63,232 nt of DNA, filler included, from Rhabdomonas costata (GCA_019059605.1; 51 parts of 51 records of this genome joined end to end with filler, not necessarily neighbours in it), one strand, 5' to 3'. Shown: positions 9,556-23,608, counted from the whole stretch's first letter. Numbers and translations are program-made. The notes: a model not told the origin generated them from the sequence alone.

Positions 9556-11539
9556 CTGCGGAAGAAAACGGCGTGGAGGGGGGCAGACCACCTCTCTCAT
9601 CACCATTCTTGGTTGACCAATGCGAATAATATTGAGGTTGGCGAGGGCACAATCAGAAGAAGAGCAGAACCGAACGTCAGCTGAAGAGCAACCTCGCAGT
9701 TATTTTTGGAACGCCTCTTAGGGCAGGTATCCACCACAGTCGGTGGAGTCGATGCCCGCCTGTGCTACCCGACGAGAAAGCCCCACCTCGTAAAGTCCAG
9801 CCATTTCTGGTGATCATCTCGAAGAATATGGTAAAAACCCAGANNNNNNNNNNNNNNNNNNNNNNNNNNNNNNNNNNNNNNNNNNNNTTAATTAATTAAN
9901 NNNNNNNNNNNNNNNNNNNNNNNNNNNNNNNNNNNNNNNNNNNGTTTGTGTTTCGCTATACAGCGGAGAGGCCGTGACCAAAGAACCGAACAGAACTGAA
10001 CCGAACCAAGGAACGGAGCACAACACAGAGATGACCCTTTCTATATCTGTCTCACAGGTTGTCGCGACCTGTTGACGTTGTGCTTTTTGTGATCTTTCTT
10101 TTGTGAGTTGGCAACTGCCTTCTCGCAGCAACCCTGAAAATGAACTGCAGCACATAAAAAATTCGCTGCTGTCCACACTGCTGCAACCGTGTGTTGGCTG
10201 AGCGTGGGTCAACTTAAAACCGAAGGAGATCAGCGTCAACGCGGCCCTGCTCGACCCTCTTTGAAAGACTTCATTCGTCGAAAAGCATGCAAAACCCACC
10301 CAGTTTCCGGCATATGGCAAAAGTGGTTTCTCTTTCTTTGAGCTCCGGTCTCTATTGCACTCTCCACTCAAGCTTCGCACGGGTGGAGGCCCACAACAAC
10401 CCCACTAATACAAACCAGACAAGTTACAGGATGTCGTTCCAAAGGCGAAAAAATGAGAACGGTAGCAGGAAGAAGGGATTCTCTCAATGCATTGGTGGCT
10501 CATTTCTCACAACGTCGCGTTCACAGTAAACATTCGCACAAGTCGCAACCCTCCATCGAAAGGCAAAGCCCGAAACCCCACCCCTAATCCCCATAACTCT
10601 CACAATGCCTTCCTCACCATGAAACGCAGCAGTGCAAGGGAGTGAGACCCGCTTCCTCTCCCACCTTTCAGGCGCTCCTGTGGCAAAGCGGGCCGCAAAG
10701 GTGGACAACCGCCCCTTGGAACTCTCCCGGCCTTTTGCTTCAAACTTTTACAACAGAGCACCTGAGCATAATGAGAGAGAGCTGCAACTGAGAAAACGCA
10801 TACCATCCAACCAAAACCAAAAGCGTTCCAAGAGCAAGGTCTTCTTCAGAGCTACTGCCCACTGCTCTAGTGAGCCACTGCACAAAGCCGATCCTTTCCC
10901 GTGCGCCTTCTCTGCATGATCCCCGGTATTTTCCACATTTTCATTCCTCGCTGGACGGCTTCTTGGAGGGTTGGCGGACGTAAAACAGCAGCAGGGGCAT
11001 CAGATGCCCTGACACGGTGGTGCTCTGTACCGCGGACCAGCTGCCGACGACCCGCACCATGGCGTCATCGCAGTACACCCAACCCCNNNNNNNNNNNNNN
11101 NNNNNNNNNNNNNNNNNNNNNNNNNNNNNNTTAATTAATTAANNNNNNNNNNNNNNNNNNNNNNNNNNNNNNNNNNNNNNNNNNNNGGGGTTGTGTCAAG
11201 GCAAGGTTGGCAGCTCCCTGAAGGTCCTGTAAGCATGACAATCATTTTCCAAGAGCCCACTTCATCCCCGTTGGTCATGGAGTTTCGAACTGAAAAAAAA
11301 AGGTTATTCGAAAAAGAAGGAACGCAATCATGGATGGATATGCCGTAAAGGGTCGCGACGTGGCTATAACTTCGGGCTGACCCACAAGAAGTTTTGTCGT
11401 TGGCTGCCACCGCCCAAGCCACAGGAAATTACTGGGTGACCCATATAAAATGTCCGTGTGATTTTTGAATAAAAAAACAGGAACTTGCAACCATGCAACC
11501 ATTTTGTCTGTTGTGTCCTCGGCCGCGTGGCAGGCTTGA

Positions 11540-12260
11540 ATGATAATAAAAACGCCCTCCAGGTGACCGAGATATTGCGAAATTGGAGGATATCCTCCGC
11601 AGCTGCCGGAGCGATCGGACGGGCTGGGTGAAGTCATCTACGTGGCCCCTCAAGAAGATGTGACCGAGGTGGCATGAGCACCGAGCCCCTTTTTGGAAAT
11701 CAGTTTCCCAGGGAAAAGGCTGTGAAGGCTGAGGGGGCCAATATCTCACGAGTTGTGTGGGGACTGGCGCCATCTTGCTGGAACCACACCAGTGTCGGGG
11801 AATGTGACGGCGGCGTAAGCCGGAACAAGGAAACCGTCAATCATCCCCCTGTACCGAGATCCAGTCAAAGTTACAGCCCTTTTCCGGCACCGGAAAAAGT
11901 AGGGGCCAAGTATTGCCCGTGAAGACAGACCACACCACACGGTAACCGGAAGTGATTGCTGGTCTTGCTCCACGAGGGCGTGGGGATTTTCATCCCACCA
12001 TAGCCAGCAGTTGTGTTTGTGGACTTGCCCGTTTAAGTAAAAATGGGCCTCGTCGGTACAGAGCAGCACAGACCGCCGGAAGGAGGGACTTGCCCCACTT
12101 GTGCAAGAGCCCCGAAAAAATCGCAGCAATTTGGCTCCATCCCCACGACGCAACCTTTGAACCAACTAGACCTTGTAGGGGAAGAGCTGCAGCTGCTGTT
12201 GCAAAATGCGGTGGACCCTGGGCCGGCTCACTCCAGTCTTCATGCTCAAGCAACGCAACG
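11540..12260 (-). mobile_element. Decayed Tc1/mariner-superfamily transposase (rosa/DD41D-like)
   Basis: LFPYKV*LVQRL, TDEAHFYLNGQVHKHNCWLW..ENP, VTVWCG..ILGPYFF, WFQQDGASPH, FPGKLISK, PPRS and FLRGHV, broken by a stop, frameshifts and a deletion. Confidence 0.9.
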
Positions 12261-13070
12261 AGAGGCCCTACGGGGACCTCCGTGTGACCCGATTACTGTC
12301 GCCAAACCCCACCAACCACACCCACCACNNNNNNNNNNNNNNNNNNNNNNNNNNNNNNNNNNNNNNNNNNNNTTAATTAATTAANNNNNNNNNNNNNNNN
12401 NNNNNNNNNNNNNNNNNNNNNNNNNNNNTGTGGGTGGGGATAAGGAGGAGAAATTTCTAATTTAAATTTCTCCTCCTTATCCTCAGACCACAAGTCACCT
12501 TTCTTTTGGTGCCATCCTTACAATACTAACACAGAGAAGCTGAAGAATTTTTACCATCGATTGCTTCACTCCAGTTCTTGCGCACCTGGACCCTCGATCG
12601 CATATGATGTACGGGGTGCTAGGAGGGGCAAGTACATCGCGGGAATTCTACAGCCACTACGACCAGGGTTCAGGCTGAAGAAACCCAGCACTTCACAGCA
12701 CTAGTGTTAAACATTAAAGCTAAAACACAGCAACTATTTTGTCATCGTTCATGGGGCACCGGCGCCTTCGAGTCACAGCTGCATTTTGGGAGTGTGGACA
12801 AACCGCTGATTCTGCTGGCAGCTCATAGCAGCCCATAGAAAAGGAGTCCAGAGGAGATTGCTCCAAAAATACGTATTGCCCGGGCCAGCTTAAAAGTGAG
12901 AGTTTTTGACATGTGCTCTTCCTACCTCACAAGCGATATTTTTCAGCTGCAACTTTTCTGACACAACCCGCGCTATATTCAGCGAAAAGCCAGCGGCAGT
13001 GTTCGTTGAAGCAGAGGCTGAAGAAGCTGTGATGGTGGCGACAAGCTTCACGAAATGCGAGTGGTCATAC

Positions 13071-13205
13071 CCGGGTTGTCATATCCCCGTCGTTGTCAGT
13101 AAATTCATCGGCCCCGTCGTTCTCTCTTCGGAGCTCATGCAGCAGGGCCTGGGGGACATAGCCACGCACCCGCCGCAGGTTGTGCAGGATCTTCAAGCAC
13201 GACAG
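13071..13205 (-). CDS. Exon, probable linker of a receptor-type nucleotidyl cyclase
   Basis: cgcag acceptor and gtatga donor; 135 nt encoding LSCLKILHNLRRVRGYVPQALLHEL, resembling the NL...R.(Y/F)(L/V)PQ.LL linker before class III cyclase domains (from memory). Confidence 0.5.
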
Positions 13206-14912
13206 CTGCGTTGTCGTTGGGTCCTAGGAGGGACGCGTGATTGTACCACAAATGAAAAGTGATTTAGACTCGGAACGCTCAGTTAAGGGTGTGCACGCCC
13301 AATCATACAAAACTGTCATCGCTTTCCATCAACGCGAAAAGCTCTGTCAAAAGAAAAAATGGTGAAGCGTACCTTCCCCTTCCCAGATGCAGAGAACTGC
13401 TTCTTACAAGTTAATATTTTAGCTACAATTTACAGTGCAATCATTTTTTCGATTTGGTACTCTGACGAAGCATCGCTGTTACTCTGCCTTTTCTGGGGTG
13501 AAGCAAAGACAACTGAGGAAAAGGAAACCTGCCCCACAATTTCCTCAGTTGTCTTTGCTTCACCCCCCACNNNNNNNNNNNNNNNNNNNNNNNNNNNNNN
13601 NNNNNNNNNNNNNNTTAATTAATTAANNNNNNNNNNNNNNNNNNNNNNNNNNNNNNNNNNNNNNNNNNNNGGGGTGTGGTTGCCGTTTGTTCCGCTTTTT
13701 CTTTCCATTTCTTGGTGTCTGCACTCGTGTTTCTGATAGTCTGGATCGGCGTAATGTGACGCCTTTTTCCTTTGAGGTAGCCGGGTACCAACCCGCTAGG
13801 CCCCTGGACAAACTTCCACGCCAATAAAGCTCGTATGAGAATGAATGCCCTTTGCCTTCAGCCATAGTATCCAGACTATCAGAAACACGAGTGCAGACAC
13901 CAAGAAATGGAAAGAAAAAGCGGAACAAACAGCAACCACATCAGCAGAGCCTCGAAGACTTGAGCAATGGTACAGAGCAGCACACAGGAAACATCAGCGC
14001 AAGTGCTGGTTAAAAAAGTTTTTGGATTGAGACTTCTCACTACTTTGACGCCATTGAGAACGTCGGATTGCACGACTCGGAGATGCGGGTGGTGCTTCAG
14101 CAAGGCGGGAAGAGCTGTGAGGCACCTGTAATGAGGCACTTTAAAAAGCTCCCGCCTTGAGGCGGTGGAAGTGACTAGGTTTCAGTAAGGAAGTCTGGAT
14201 GGAGAAAGGGGTGATTTTGTATTTTGTATAGTTCTTATGTGTGGACCGGGGACTTTAATGCTGTCATGAAGAAGTACCCTGGTTTTTCTTGCCTTCGCGC
14301 GCGCTCGCGTGTGTGGAACTCGAAAACAATCGCACACTTCAGAAAGACAGCCAAACTGCGGCAGTTATTCAGTGCGCCAATGCGTTCAAAAAATACCTAT
14401 GGGCAGGAGAGAATGGGTATGCAAACACCCCATGGCCCCTCAATCTAGTCTCACTCCATCTTCTTCGCCAGGTATGCCATGGGCCCTGCATGATCATGGT
14501 AGTCTTTCCAAAGTTTCCGAATGCCTATTGGTACCCGCTTTCTGATAACTTGATGAAATTCTTTTGTACGGGAAGGCCCCTGATACATTGACGACCAAGG
14601 TATAATGAGGCTAAAACCGAAGTGTTCTACCCGGTTTGCCATTACCGACGGCACTCGCGCCTCACACAATACTCTCCAGCTCTTGAAGGTTCGGCTTCCA
14701 CCCAGGAAGAATTTTAAAAGTCATACCAGCGAGATGCCAGAAGTACCACTGGAACAACTGGTGTCCAACGGATTTCTGGAGTCGGACTCCATGGGAACCC
14801 CACGGAGGAGCCNNNNNNNNNNNNNNNNNNNNNNNNNNNNNNNNNNNNNNNNNNNNTTAATTAATTAANNNNNNNNNNNNNNNNNNNNNNNNNNNNNNNN
14901 NNNNNNNNNNNN

Positions 14913-15180
14913 GTGGATGGTATGGCGAGGATCTTCTGATGTCCAGGAATGCCATAAGACATCTCCAGAACACTGAAACAAAAATCTGATCTCGATCGCT
15001 CACAATACTCCTCGGAAAATCATGGTGTCTCACTACCTCCCACCAGAACAACTATGCAATGTCGTCGGCATTCATTTTGTTATGGCGCGGCATCAACACA
15101 ACCATCTTCGTAACCCGATCTGTAACTGTCAACACCTCACTCACAACCTGCCATTTGCCTGAAAACTTCCCAGGGACTGG
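14913..15180 (-). mobile_element. Ty3/gypsy integrase core fragment, decayed
   Basis: VLTVTDRVTKMVVLMP..., EVVRHHDFPRSIVSDRDQIFVSVFW...SSPYHP; internal stop. Confidence 0.9.
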
Positions 15181-15189
15181 TGTGGGTTA

Positions 15190-15690
15190 CTTTCCGATTT
15201 TCCAGACCATACCCCACTCAGCCATTGATTTTACTTCCTTTGTGGATTGTGAATACGCAGGTAAGAGCGCTGTTAGATTCAGGAGCTTCAGATTTGTTTA
15301 TAAGTCAAAACGTTGTGCAGAGATTCCGTTTGCAGAAGTACCCGTTGCAGCAAAGGCTCACGGTGCGAGTAGCGAATGGAGAAGGACTCCACGTGACCCA
15401 TTTTGTGCGAATTGTATGGAAATTAGGTACCATGCCGATTAAGTTGTTCTTGGGAGTGATTCAGACGGCAATTCCAGTGGTTCTGGGCTATCTGTTTTGA
15501 CGAAGCTACAGCCACAGATTGACTGGAAGCGTAGGTGCGTCAAGGTTTGGAGATGCGGAATTATTTACGACATTCAGGCGCTTCCAGCTGTGGATTCTTT
15601 CAGAATTACGTGCCCAAACACAGGGATGATGAAAGCAGAGCCGGAGGAAGTTGTCCCAGAGCTTTCACATATCTCTCAAGTACGGAAAGG
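15190..15690 (+). mobile_element. Ty3/gypsy aspartic protease fragment
   Basis: ALLDSGASDLFIS, VRVANG, VVLGYLF/LTKLQPQIDWK; frameshift at ~15497. Confidence 0.9.
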
Positions 15691-17043
15691 GTAGGGGTTG
15701 TGCCCCACTGGTTCCAGAGTATCAGGGGAGGAGGTGAGCGACACACCATATGACCAAGGCGTCAACAAGGCTGGAAGTCGTTTTGTTGCAGAAAGAAGCG
15801 ATCCCATTGTGGTAACCGTTAAACAGGATGCGGAGTCTCTTACAGAGTTGATTCCAGAGGGTGCTATTTCCACATTGGATGTGGAAGATGTCACTCCGAC
15901 TAAGCGAGACCAGCGAGCCATAGCTAGGGCTCAGGAGCCTAAGTGTAATGTCAAAAACAAAAGTTGCGAGATTCGCACAGGAAAGAAGTAGAGAAGTTAG
16001 TTAATGATGTTGACCACAGCATTTGTGACCACATTGTGCGGTGTTACCAACAACCNNNNNNNNNNNNNNNNNNNNNNNNNNNNNNNNNNNNNNNNNNNNT
16101 TAATTAATTAANNNNNNNNNNNNNNNNNNNNNNNNNNNNNNNNNNNNNNNNNNNNGTGTGTGTGTGTGTGTGGGCTTTCCTCGTGTTGCTTATGCTTTAA
16201 TTCTGCAGAGGAGCTGCGGCGCCTGCGGTAGCTGTGTGTGGCGTGTGTGGGGACTTGATGTGTCCATGCATTGGGGTGGTGCATTTTTGTCGTAATTCTC
16301 CAAAACCACGCGCATCCACAGAGAGAAGCACGCACGCACACATCCACACAAACATCCTAAGTGATCAGTCCTGCTCACCTCTTGCGAGGAAAGGGAAGCT
16401 GTTGTTGTGGATATGTGGCGTGATGAAGAAGGAAGTGCGCGAGTCCGCAGGTTGCGGAGGAGGAGAACAGATCCCTCGGGGTGGGGGGAGGGGGTAGAAA
16501 ATGGGGCTTGGACGTTGTAGAATTAGGTGCTTTTTTTGTCTCTGTATGTGCTTCTCTCGTATTATCTTGATCACATCACAGACCCTTTCCTCACCACTGA
16601 TGATGTCTTCTTTGTCTTTCCTCAATCGCGTGCTTCTGCTTCCTAGCTGGCTGAGCTGGAGGCCAGAGCGCGGCTTCCGGAGTTCTGCTCTGATCTGATC
16701 GCCGCAGGGACAGCTCTGGCCCGGGCCAACCCGGTATATCAGGACCAGGTCTCTCATCCTCGCCCCCTCACACGCACACACACACACTTCTTCTCTCTTT
16801 CGCCAATCTTGGCCGCTTTGGAGCAATCCTGCACATGCCGAAGGGCCCGCGAGGCTCACAGACACAGCGGTTGGAGCTTCGAAGGGAGACACTGGGAAAG
16901 GCAGCTGGTCGAAGTGTACACCAACAGGACAATGCGGAGAAATCCACAGTAACCATGAAAAACACACACAAAGTTTTGTCTCCCACTCCATTCTTTTTGG
17001 TTCTTGATCATGGCAAGTGCTGCTTTACCCTGCCAAATCGGTA

Positions 17044-17079
17044 AAGTTCAGTAAGTTCAGTAAGTTCAGTAAGTTCGGT
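17044..17079. repeat. 9-bp tandem repeat x4
   Basis: Unit aagttcagt. Confidence 0.85.
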
Positions 17080-20000
17080 GAAGTTTCTGTAAGCAAGTGA
17101 TGCAGTGTGATCGGCGTACTATGTTCTGATTCTGAAGAATAGTAATAATAGTTAGTCCGCAAGTTGTTGTGCTGGGTATCCCTGCTCTCTATTCTGTAGG
17201 TTGAGTTGGAGCTGGTCCACATCCGGGATGTCCTCGGGTACTACTCCGACTTTGTTGAGACCGCAGTGGTACGCCGTGGTCTTCCCTCCCAAACCCCNNN
17301 NNNNNNNNNNNNNNNNNNNNNNNNNNNNNNNNNNNNNNNNNTTAATTAATTAANNNNNNNNNNNNNNNNNNNNNNNNNNNNNNNNNNNNNNNNNNNNGAA
17401 TGCGCGACTATCACCAACATGAAGGTGTGGAAACGGCGTTATCTCTGCACAACGTTTGGTGGGAAATTGGCCCGAGCATGTCAGTGCAAATTGGAGAGAT
17501 TCCTCCAAAATAAATACCTCCGACAGCGCACGTGTCTCCTTTGTGCCCTTCAATTGAAATTGCAGCGGATGCAGTGAATGAAGAGCACTTCGTGATCAAA
17601 CTAGAATAAGGCAAAGCTGTTGCGCGCTTTCCACAAATCCCCATGGTTACAACCATATGATTATGCGCGCGCTGATCATTGCGCAGCCGACACGAACCAA
17701 GAGGGAACCACTCTCAACCTAACAGAGAGAGTTTAGTGATCAAGGATCGGTATCTAGCCGGAACAGACCTACTGCGCCACCACTAATATCCACACACATT
17801 ACCCAAAAAAAGATGGAGATAGAGAGAGATGTATAAAGAGAATAGCGGGACATGTAGAGAGAGAAAGGATTCGGAATTAATTGAAAAACAAAAAATAGCA
17901 GACAATGCGAGCTATTAACAGAGGAGAAATGAGATCACCCAGCAAGCAGTGATGTGTTTTTTGGTATGGGCGTATTTTGGATTTGGATGGGTTTTTTGGT
18001 TTCAGCTGCCTTTTTTCATGGCAAAGCTATACCGCCGCTTGGAAGCGTATCGGTAGAGACGATTCATGGCTAAGTATTACCTTTGATTTCTCGCTTTGCC
18101 TGTGCGCTTGTGCCGTGTTCCTTGCATAACGTGATTTTATGTGGTAAGGCGTTAGTTGGCGGCTTTGTGGAGGCAATGCCTACCAAATCAACATCAAAAG
18201 TATACACGCCATGAACTAGCGTCCAGCAAAGCCAAAGCAATAGAAGTCCAGCAAAAAAAATTTGCAGAGGACCACTTCCCGGCCTCATATAAAGAGCCCC
18301 CACTCTTGGATGGAAAAATTGCTTGGTTGCATACATAAACATCGCATACTCTGACCAAGATTGTAATCAAGCTTATCATTGTGATATTTGTTGAGCTTCT
18401 GAACGCGCAAACGCCGAATGAGAATACCAAGTGATACCAGGATCAGAACGCTATCGCCACCGGAAGACAATGACGACCACTGCTTGCCGAAAGTGGAGCG
18501 CATTCTTTCACACTATAAAGAATGAAATAAAACCAACACNNNNNNNNNNNNNNNNNNNNNNNNNNNNNNNNNNNNNNNNNNNNTTAATTAATTAANNNNN
18601 NNNNNNNNNNNNNNNNNNNNNNNNNNNNNNNNNNNNNNNGTGGGGTGTTGGGGGTAACATCACCGATTAAGAATGTCCCATCGCGAGGAAAGGACGCAAC
18701 GGCCTCGAAGAGTTGGGGAAAACTGTGTACGATGTTCTGCGCGTTCCACCTTGCTTCCCTTTTGTGATTGGGATGCCACGAGCAGTGGTCTGATGAGAGG
18801 GCATGTGTGATTTGTGCAGGGGGTGAGCTGAGTTAAAGGGGGGCGACCGTTGACATTTGGATGGTTCCTCCTTTCCCTGCAGGTTGAGCAGGCCAAGGCG
18901 GCGATTGCTCTTCCCCCTCAGAAGAAGGTTGAGATGCTGGCCTCCCACATCTTTTGAGGGGCCACTATGCATATCCTCTCTCTCTCCAGTGCCGACACAA
19001 TCTTTCCCTGTAGAGGACAGCGTTGTGAACACCCCTGCTTCTCCCCCCCTGCGTCTTATTGTGCTCTCTCTGCGTTTGTACTTTGCTCTGTGGACCCACA
19101 GATCCACTGTGCATTTCCCTCGCACTCTTTTCGTGTTCCGTTGCATCAGCGTGTTGGCTGTTGTGTCTTGTTGCACCAATGGCTTTTTTTCTCGGCTTTC
19201 CTAGCCTTCTTGCGCTTCTGTTGCACCTGGAGGTGAACCTTGTCTGTACAGATTGAAACGGACGGGAAGAGGGAGCGGTGAGTTGCACGAGGCTGGGTTT
19301 TGTTGTGTTTCGGCAGCTCCAAAGCCACTTGTATTAGTTTCGTTAATCACACCGGCTGAGCAGCATATACTTCAAATTAAGCTTTCCCGTTCACGAAGCA
19401 ACGTCCTATCTTCCGATACTTTTTCAAATCTGTGCACCGCGCCATTCGGCAGCTGAGAAGGAGCCATTCCATTATCGGCTGGGGTGCTGTGCGATCCCGC
19501 ATCAAAGCAATGGTGCAGTGCCAGTGCTCTATGGACTTCGGTTTCATTCGAGGCACCTGTAGTTGGGGGCTGGAGGGGGTTTAAATGCTTAACACCGTTA
19601 CACAGTGGAAATTTTTGAACTCAAAAAATTCGCAGCTTGGGAACAGTAGAACAAAAAACATAACCCCAGTGCTGAGAAAATTACTTTCTTGAAGAAAAAT
19701 TAAACGTTAAACGTTTATCCTCCACCTGAGCACCCACCAACGCAAACACAAACACAGAAACAAAGAAACACACACACACCCNNNNNNNNNNNNNNNNNNN
19801 NNNNNNNNNNNNNNNNNNNNNNNNNTTAATTAATTAANNNNNNNNNNNNNNNNNNNNNNNNNNNNNNNNNNNNNNNNNNNNTGTGTGTTGCGTGAATCGA
19901 TATTGAGTTCTTGAGTTTCCAAAGGTCAGGTTAGGAAGTGTCCAACATGTCAGTTATGTTGGAGGAGCCGCCAAGAGACACCCGTACGGGCTGAGGGTGA

Positions 20001-20504
20001 AAGGACAGTCGGACTCCATTCAACGGGGCTGGGAAAAAAGTGCAAACTGCAAAGTTTGGCTTGAAATTCATCCCTTTTTTTGTGTGCAAATTTGGACGCT
20101 TTTTCTTCTCGCATTTACGCATTTACGGTCTCCCCGATTTGTGCACTCCACCCTTCAGCTTCGTTGACCTTGTACCTTTCGTTTACCTAGAAGTTCGCAT
20201 CACCATATAAGTCCAAAATTTGTCCATTTATCCAATTATTGCTCAACGTGCGAATACGACGACCCACCCACCTCCTGCGCGACGCCTTGCGCGTGTGCCA
20301 ACGACCGACAATTTTTGTGACTTTTTTTATTGGGTGGGTGTGGGGTTGGGTGTGGAGGAGGGGTTTCACCACGGGCAGCCCCAACGCATTCTTTAGCTTA
20401 CATGCCATGCGGCAGCCGTCTGGTTTTGGTTTTACGTCGAGCACTGCGTTTTCAAGATTGTTCGTGTGATGCGAGTGTTTGTGGGACTTGGCCACTGCAC
20501 TCAG

Positions 20505-20592
20505 GGCTTCCCCCTACGGTGGGTACGGTGGATATGGAGGGCGTACTGTGTACCCCGCTCATCGCATTGGGTACGGTGCGCAGCGGTGGTAA
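20505..20592 (+). CDS. Putative terminal exon of a Gly/Tyr-rich protein
   Basis: ctcag acceptor, then ASPYGGYGGYGGRTVYPAHRIGYGAQRW*; the YGG repeats use varied synonymous codons. Confidence 0.45.
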
Positions 20593-21477
20593 AGCAAAGC
20601 GGATCTCTGTAGTCTCTGGTTCGGGTGGCTGGGACTCTCTTTCTGTCTTTTGCCCTCATTTATTTCCCTCGTTTGACACGTTTCACGTGTTTCCCTTCTC
20701 CCGCACCGCGGCCGGTTGACCATAGGCCCGCTGGTCTCACCTGTCACAATCCATGTGACCAAGGTTGGTGCGTGCGAGAGGTAGCGCTTCGAAAGTGGGG
20801 GGGCTGTTTCTAGCCCTTCTTGCTGTTCTTGGCAGGTTTATTTGTATGCTTTCCTCATCCGGCTTTGCCCGATTACTGTTCTAGTAGGTTTGACATTTGC
20901 GCTGTGGCCATTGCGTGAGGAGGTTTCGACGGCTTTTGTTCCCCAATGCGCCGAGTTCTGATCGGTAGCGTGGCCATGCGCTTTGGGTCCTTCGGCCGTA
21001 TTATACGTCGCCACTGGATTTTTTNNNNNNNNNNNNNNNNNNNNNNNNNNNNNNNNNNNNNNNNNNNNTTAATTAATTAANNNNNNNNNNNNNNNNNNNN
21101 NNNNNNNNNNNNNNNNNNNNNNNNGGGGTGGGGGGGGGATTTGCTGTGTTGCCCGCTGGGAAAAGCTGAAGTCGTGAGGTGAATTCTGAACTGTATGGCG
21201 AGCCCGAGATTTTTGGGAGTCCGCAAAACCCCAGCTGAGAGCTGCTGAAGGGAAACACCTTTGTGTGTACTTTTCGATCCATGCTCCCCTCCATCGTGCT
21301 AGTCTCTTTCTTTTTCCACTGCCCGCGTCTACATTGTGACTATGGTAAAAATGGCTGTAGGTCCAAACACAAGGGAGCGGTGTATGCTGTTGTGCTGTGA
21401 GTCCCTTTTGGTCCCTTTTGGTCCCTCTCGTGGTTTCTGTGCCTGCACCCCCACCCCCCTTCATTTGTGCCACACAG

Positions 21478-22260
21478 GTGGACAGCCGGGCCAAGGACCT
21501 AATTAAGGGCCTGCTCACCACGGACCACACCAAGAGGCTAGGCACTCTGAAGCGGGGGGTGGCGGACATCAAGTTCCACAAGTGGTTCTACGGGGTGGAC
21601 TGGGATATGCTTGCCGCGCGGAAGATCCCCGCGCCCATTCCCGTGAAGGTCTCTCTCTATATGTTTCTTGTCGAGCGTATCGAGGCGCACAGGGGTGAGC
21701 TTCAGGACGGCGCTTCATGTCCTGTCCTTTAAGTTCCTCCGCTTCCTTTGGGATGCTTCTGCGTGCATCTTTCTACATCGCCTATTTTATAGCGTCTGCT
21801 CTTTCTGTAACAGAGTGTTGCGTCGCTTCGCTTCAGCCAGACGATGAACGTTGCTGTCGCACTTGTGTCGCCAGATATGGTAATGGCACCACTGCGGAAA
21901 GACGGCTCCTCATCTCATTGGGTAAGATTCGACCTTGGTAATGCCACCCCATAAATGAATGGGTAGATGGGTTGGTGGTGACCCCACTCAGTCATCATTC
22001 CAAGTCTCGCGACTGCTCGAGACTCCGGTCATCGCCAGGCATCTTATGTCCCCCACCAGTCACCTGCTGGCCCTGATGTTCCACAGGGGAAGACCTGGTT
22101 GGGGTGGGGGCAGAGTTGCCTTCAGCCTAACCCCTAATTGAAACGAGACCAGGCGTACCCACCATTGTTTACCCCTCACACCCAGCTCAGTGGGTGGGTG
22201 GATGGGGGGTGTTTCCAGGTCACCAACCCCGGGGACTCGCGGTACTTCGACCGGTACCCC
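21478..22260 (+). CDS. PKAC: cAMP-dependent protein kinase catalytic subunit, C-terminal exons (21478-21648, 22219->22260)
   Basis: VDSRAKDLIKGLLTTDHTKRLGTLKRGVADIKFHKWFYGVDW...IPAPIPVK|VTNPGDSRYFDRYP covers kinase subdomain XI and the AGC tail; GT-AG intron, phase 0. Confidence 0.95.
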
Positions 22261-22609
22261 CAAAAANNNNNNNNNNNNNNNNNNNNNNNNNNNNNNNNNN
22301 NNNNNNNNNNTTAATTAATTAANNNNNNNNNNNNNNNNNNNNNNNNNNNNNNNNNNNNNNNNNNNNTGGTGGTTTGGCGCCATAATTACCTCATAAAAGA
22401 AATATGTGTTGGTCAAAGCATGTGTGTACAGTGCACATACATTTGTAGGTTCACTGCTCTGTACGCTTGCCCGTGTGCAGAGAGAAGGGGTACAAACCAA
22501 GCAAGGACCTTTGTGCCATTGTGAAAGGAGGGCGGGAAAGGAGAGAGTGGGACAGAAGCGGTGATAGGCAGATGGGTGCGGATGCTGGTCAGGGTGGGGA
22601 GGCACGCAC

Positions 22610-22863
22610 TTATCCGTGGGCAGCAGCAGAGTGTAGTCCATCATGGCGACAAATTGGCTGCCCCACACGTCGTACTGCAGCGCAAGGGCCTCCGTAATAC
22701 TGCTGAAATTTGCCAAGATCGTGTTACCGGGGAGGTCCAGCAGCCCGTAACTCCGGAACCGCGCCGCCTCTGTGTAAACTATCGTTTCTGCGGGCTCCAC
22801 CAGGTCCATGAACGCGCTGCGGGTGCTGCGCATCAGAGAGCTTCGAAGGGCGACCGTCACCCC
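22610..22863 (-). CDS. Exon, unknown protein (possibly the extracellular part of a membrane receptor)
   Basis: cgccag acceptor and gtgcgt donor; open frame GVTVALRSSLMRSTRSAFMDLVEPAETIV... Confidence 0.45.
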
Positions 22864-23608
22864 CTGGCGAAAAAACGCACCTGCCGATGACACAAGAAAA
22901 CATTCCCTCTCGGGGAGGGGGGTTAACCGAGGAAGCGGGCTGAGGTCAACTGTTGTGACCTTTGTCGCTAAATCCGCAGGCTCACCAGGGTCGAGGCCCC
23001 CCCCCCCCACGAATCAGGGGTGTTTCGGGGAGATGTATTCCGTGATTGGCAGGCGTCTCCGGGCCGGTCCAGGAGGAGGGAGGGGTGTCTGCTTGGATTT
23101 TTCCGGCACGGTAATGTGGGTGTGGGTCGGTGGGCAGTTTCGGCCCTTTCGCCTCCATCGAGAAAAGCAAAGCGAAAAGTACGGCACGGCATGTCGACCT
23201 TTAGTGCTGGGTGGGTGGGGCCGCGACTCTTCCTGGGCAACACCCCACCCCGAACTCAGCACCTAGGCAACCTAGCACCTTGGGAGGGAGATCCGGGTTG
23301 TAGTAACCCTCATAATTCACACTTGCGGTAATCGTGACGACCATTCACCATCCCTTCTTGGCACAGTGCTGTGCTGTGCTCACCCGATAGAGCCATGTGC
23401 ACTGCCGGACCGCTGCGCAACTCCACTCAGCACACCGCACCTCCACAGAGCTCTGCCCCTGGCTGTAGATGCTATTAACGCCGGTGTTGCCCGTGTGCCA
23501 CAACAACCNNNNNNNNNNNNNNNNNNNNNNNNNNNNNNNNNNNNNNNNNNNNTTAATTAATTAANNNNNNNNNNNNNNNNNNNNNNNNNNNNNNNNNNNN
23601 NNNNNNNN

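Noticed and set aside
20187-20260. Ulp1-like motif NNWINGQILDLY (minus strand)
   Set aside because: Too short, with no catalytic residues or clear exon borders.
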